In this document: one piece after another, positions 60,954-64,000 of the stretch | How the letters are laid out: each line of letters begins with the position of its first letter | Position numbering within the stretch: the first letter of the stretch is position 1 | Notes under the pieces: model-generated | Seen by the model: the letters and a program-made list of their open reading frames with translations, nothing else | Databases searched by the model: none | What the model was told of the DNA's origin: nothing | Position numbers and translations under genes: made by a program | Assembly: GCF_000142905.1 (NCBI RefSeq) | Contig: NW_013657617.1 | Coordinates: 113,211 to 177,210, forward strand | DNA length: 64,000 bases | Direction of reading: 5' to 3' | Source of the DNA: Thecamonas trahens ATCC 50062 | Lineage: Eukaryota > Protista > Apusomonadida

Positions 60954-62897
60954 CTACGACGATGGCATCCCGTCGCGAATGCCGATGGCAAACGTGATCC
61001 GCATCAACGACTCCAGGAACGTGTACAGCGCTACCCGCGTCTCGGCTGTCCGCACAAATGCGCTTGCTGCATACGTCTTGTCCAGCGCGGTGGCCCGCGC
61101 GCCCTGCAGCGCCCACGGCGCATCGGTTAGTGCAAGCGCGGCGAGAAGATCGTCGGCGAGCGTCTTCTGCACAAGGCCCACCCGGATCCAAACCCGCAGG
61201 AGCGCCGACGAGCTCACGCCCATCGCCTTGAGACCGGCCAGCGACTGTGCCACCGCGCCCGAGCCGGCTGCGAGGCACTTGAGGACCCGCTTGAAAGGCG
61301 CCGTCAGCCGCAGACGGGACTCGCGCGCCCCGTCCAGAAGCACCGCCTCGAGCGCCGCCACGAGCTCGTCGACATGCGGGTTGTCGGCCGTCACCGCCAT
61401 TTCGTCGTCGTCCGCCCGCGTGCAGTGCGAGAGCATTGCCTGAAGCGCCTTGTTGAGAGGCTCGAACATCATGTTGAGCTTGGACACATCGTCGGCGCGC
61501 ACAACCTCCCACGCATCGTCGTCCGAGTCAGAGTCTAGGCCAGGACGAGGGCCCGAACCTGAGCCCGAGCCCGAGTCCGAGCCCGAGCCCGATGAAAAGA
61601 TCAGAAGCGACGCGGAGGCGGGCGAGGCAAGCGACGATGGGCCTGGTGGCGCGAGACACGTGTCCGAGGCGGGCGCCGGGCTTTCAGGTGCGTTGGCGGA
61701 CACAGCGCCCAGCGCAACGCCTGGCACGGCGGCAAGGTGTTCACGGAGAAGTTGAAACCCCGAGGTCCGTGCCACAAGCAGCATCTTGCCTTTTGAGGTG
61801 AGCGTCACGCCGGCCGCAGCCTGTAGGGCGCGGATGAGCGAGAGGTCGATGACCTGCTTTCGCAGCGAGTAGCTAGCCACCAGATCGCGCGGGACAAACC
61901 ACTCGCTGCCATCGACCGCCAGCAGCATCAGCACTACCTTGGCGCCAATCCGCCACCAGAGCGCGTTTTCTTCTGGCTGCAGGAGCTCGTTGAGCACGTC
62001 GAGACAGGCAGCGACTGCAGCCGCCGCTGGCGCCGACGCGGGAAGCGCCAGCAGACGGGTCGAGAGCACATGTGCACTCGCCTCGGCCACACCGTCAATC
62101 AGCGCCATCATGCGGTCGCGGGCGCCAGTCAGCGTCCTGCGCGCACTTGCCAGCCACTGCGGACCGAGTCCGACCTCAGCCAGCGCGTTCACCAATGTCA
62201 ATCGCCCAGTGGTCGCGTTCTTCTGCTGAGCGTACAGCTCCAGCGCCCGCGGCAGCACCTCATCGCGGACGACATCCACCGACCCGGGCATGCTCTCACC
62301 CCCAAGCCCGTGGTACATGCTCGTTGGGCACCAGAACGTCTCGCCGTCAACAAGCGGTTCCTCCAGAATGAGCACTAGCGGACCGTGGAGCTCGTCCAGA
62401 CCAGCGAGCGCCGCTCCGTCCGGGTTGATCGGTGGCCAGTCGCCCGGCCAGTCCTCGACGTAGTAGCCGACCAGGCCAAACGGCACCGTCCTCCGTGCCA
62501 CCACCAATTCATCACCTCCTCCGGCGTTGCTACTACCAGCAAGTAGCGCCGCTATGCCCTCGCGAAAGGCTGCATCTGATCCGCGCGGCAGAGCGTCCAG
62601 AGCCAGAACGGCGACATGATCCGAGTCGGGCGAGGGCGGGAGGAGGACAACGGCGCGAATGTCGGACTCATGACGAGTTGGAATGAGCCTCGCTGCAGCC
62701 GAAGCTACCGCTGCAGCCCGAGCCGAGTCCGACAAGCCCTCAGAGCTGTTGGCCACATCAGCCAGACTCGCCACTATGGCATGGCCCGAGGTGATGCTGG
62801 TGAGACCAGGTTTACAGCCTGCTGCCGCCGCCACTGCCGTGAGCAGTCCCCGGCTCCGTGTTGCACTGAATGACCTTGGTGGTGTGAACGTTGCCAT
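60954..62897 (-). CDS. Hypothetical protein with a C-terminal RUN-like domain
   Basis: VTADNPHVDELVAALEAVLLDG..LRVWIRVGLVQKTL..L..Y..SAFVR..FLESL..ITF follows the RUN domain block pattern. Confidence 0.65.
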   Translation of the reverse strand: MATFTPPRSFSATRSRGLLTAVAAAAGCKPGLTSITSGHAIVASLADVANSSEGLSDSARAAAVASAAARLIPTRHESDIRAVVLLPPSPDSDHVAVLALDALPRGSDAAFREGIAALLAGSSNAGGGDELVVARRTVPFGLVGYYVEDWPGDWPPINPDGAALAGLDELHGPLVLILEEPLVDGETFWCPTSMYHGLGGESMPGSVDVVRDEVLPRALELYAQQKNATTGRLTLVNALAEVGLGPQWLASARRTLTGARDRMMALIDGVAEASAHVLSTRLLALPASAPAAAAVAACLDVLNELLQPEENALWWRIGAKVVLMLLAVDGSEWFVPRDLVASYSLRKQVIDLSLIRALQAAAGVTLTSKGKMLLVARTSGFQLLREHLAAVPGVALGAVSANAPESPAPASDTCLAPPGPSSLASPASASLLIFSSGSGSDSGSGSGSGPRPGLDSDSDDDAWEVVRADDVSKLNMMFEPLNKALQAMLSHCTRADDDEMAVTADNPHVDELVAALEAVLLDGARESRLRLTAPFKRVLKCLAAGSGAVAQSLAGLKAMGVSSSALLRVWIRVGLVQKTLADDLLAALALTDAPWALQGARATALDKTYAASAFVRTAETRVALYTFLESLMRITFAIGIRDGMPSS

Positions 62898-63172
62898 AGG
62901 CCAGCTGTGTGGGTGGTGCGGGACAGGTGGCGTGGTGGGTGGGGATGTGGGAGGGGGGGGTGAGGGGGTGACAGGCGGCGTGTGCGTGTGCGACAGAAGC
63001 TTTGGGTTTGGAGGAGCAATACCAGGAAGCAGCGGGTGAGAGCAGCGGGAAGGGGCAGCGGGAAGGGACAGGGAATGGAAGCAGTACTTGTGCAAGAGTA
63101 TCCAATGATCACCGCTTCATGATATGCGTTCATGCTGCTGTAGATCGCGGGCTCGATGGCGGCGCGCGCTGG

Positions 63173-63793
63173 TCATCGTCGCGGGCTGTGGCTGCCGTAC
63201 ATCTTGCGGGTACGGACCGACTCGGGATCGCCATTGAGTTGGGCGTCGAGGGCGGCGCGATGCCGCCGCATGACGTCGGGCGAGAGAACCGAGAGCATGT
63301 CGACGATCTTCTTGCGCTCGTGTCGCCGAAGAGCCTCACTGTCTTCGGCAAGCGCAAAGAAGGCATCAACGTCGACATCGATGTCCGCATCTCCGTCTCC
63401 CTCGTCATCTCCCACACTTGCGCTTGAGCGCGCCGTCTTTCTCGTCCGGGCCGCGCGCCAGACTTCAAACCTGCGCGATGATGGCAGCGCGTCGACGGCG
63501 GCCTCGAGCGGCTCCGAGTCGCCGACCGCGGCGGCGACGCCCTCCCTGGCATTGTCAAACGCGCACTCATCAGCGAGCACAACGTTTGTTTGCGAGACCG
63601 CCAGAGCAGCATCGTCATCGCCATCAGCATCGGCGACCACAGTCGCATCATCTGCCCGGCGCCATCGACCAGGCATGGACCCATCGCCGCCACGACGTCG
63701 TCCGACCCAGCGAGCGTCTCTCATGCGGCCAAACTGACGCGGACGGCCTGAGACGCCCCACCCGCCCAGCGGCGCCACCGCTCGCGGATCCAT
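63173..63793 (-). CDS. Hypothetical acidic protein (start uncertain)
   Basis: Open frame with helical-looking segments (DAFFALAEDSEALRRHERKKIVDMLSVLSPDVM). No family recognised. Confidence 0.45.
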   Translation of the reverse strand: MDPRAVAPLGGWGVSGRPRQFGRMRDARWVGRRRGGDGSMPGRWRRADDATVVADADGDDDAALAVSQTNVVLADECAFDNAREGVAAAVGDSEPLEAAVDALPSSRRFEVWRAARTRKTARSSASVGDDEGDGDADIDVDVDAFFALAEDSEALRRHERKKIVDMLSVLSPDVMRRHRAALDAQLNGDPESVRTRKMYGSHSPRR

Positions 63794-64000
63794 CCTCCTC
63801 GCGTGGACTGCTGCGAGTGTGGGTGGGGTCGAGTTGGGTGCGGGTGCGGGTGTGGGGCTCCGAGTCGCTGTTGTTGCTGTCCCGCTCCGTCCCTCCCCCC
63901 CCCCCCCCCCCCCCCCCTGCTCGCTCGAACTCTGTTGCCCTGGTCCCGTCACTCCACTCTCTCTCTCGCCCCCCCCCCCCCCCCACTGCAAGCTTCTTCA

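Noticed and set aside
2093-63986. Numerous long antisense and alternate-frame ORFs overlapping real genes
   Set aside because: Expected shadows of high-GC codon usage; they are Arg/Ser/Pro-rich with no domain motifs.
1-64000. tRNA, rRNA, snRNA genes and transposase or reverse-transcriptase ORFs
   Set aside because: None recognised by eye. Small structured RNAs cannot be excluded without an Infernal/Rfam or tRNAscan search.

Overview
This is a gene-dense, GC-rich eukaryotic draft-genome window with GT-AG spliceosomal introns, three N gaps, and long G/C tracts and microsatellites. It is not prokaryotic. Gene content and style suggest a free-living protist, possibly an apusomonad such as Thecamonas; this is inference only. 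About 29 protein-coding loci can be supported, several as spliced models that the ORF track misses. They include calreticulin exon 1, a 70-aa protein resembling plant complex I subunit P1, a receptor kinase with a bacterial-type solute-binding ectodomain, an EF-hand protein, GGTase-I beta, an attractin-like CUB/EGF protein, a NEK-like kinase, PARP4/vault-PARP, an FG-GAP/beta-helix multi-TM protein, a PKD2-like channel, two ankyrin proteins, TACO1/YebC, eIF2B-beta, PEX16, a DOMON protein, a tandem pair of surface proteins, MTO1, a divergent SerRS, an LSm10-like protein, a HAD hydrolase, a stefin-type cystatin and a RUN-domain protein. Two window-wide patterns stand out: a recurrent ACTCAC motif upstream of intron acceptors, and convergent gene pairs whose stop codons overlap or lie only 3-10 nt apart. 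No tRNA, rRNA, CRISPR array or intact mobile element was recognised. All family assignments come from motif recognition by eye; no searches were run.
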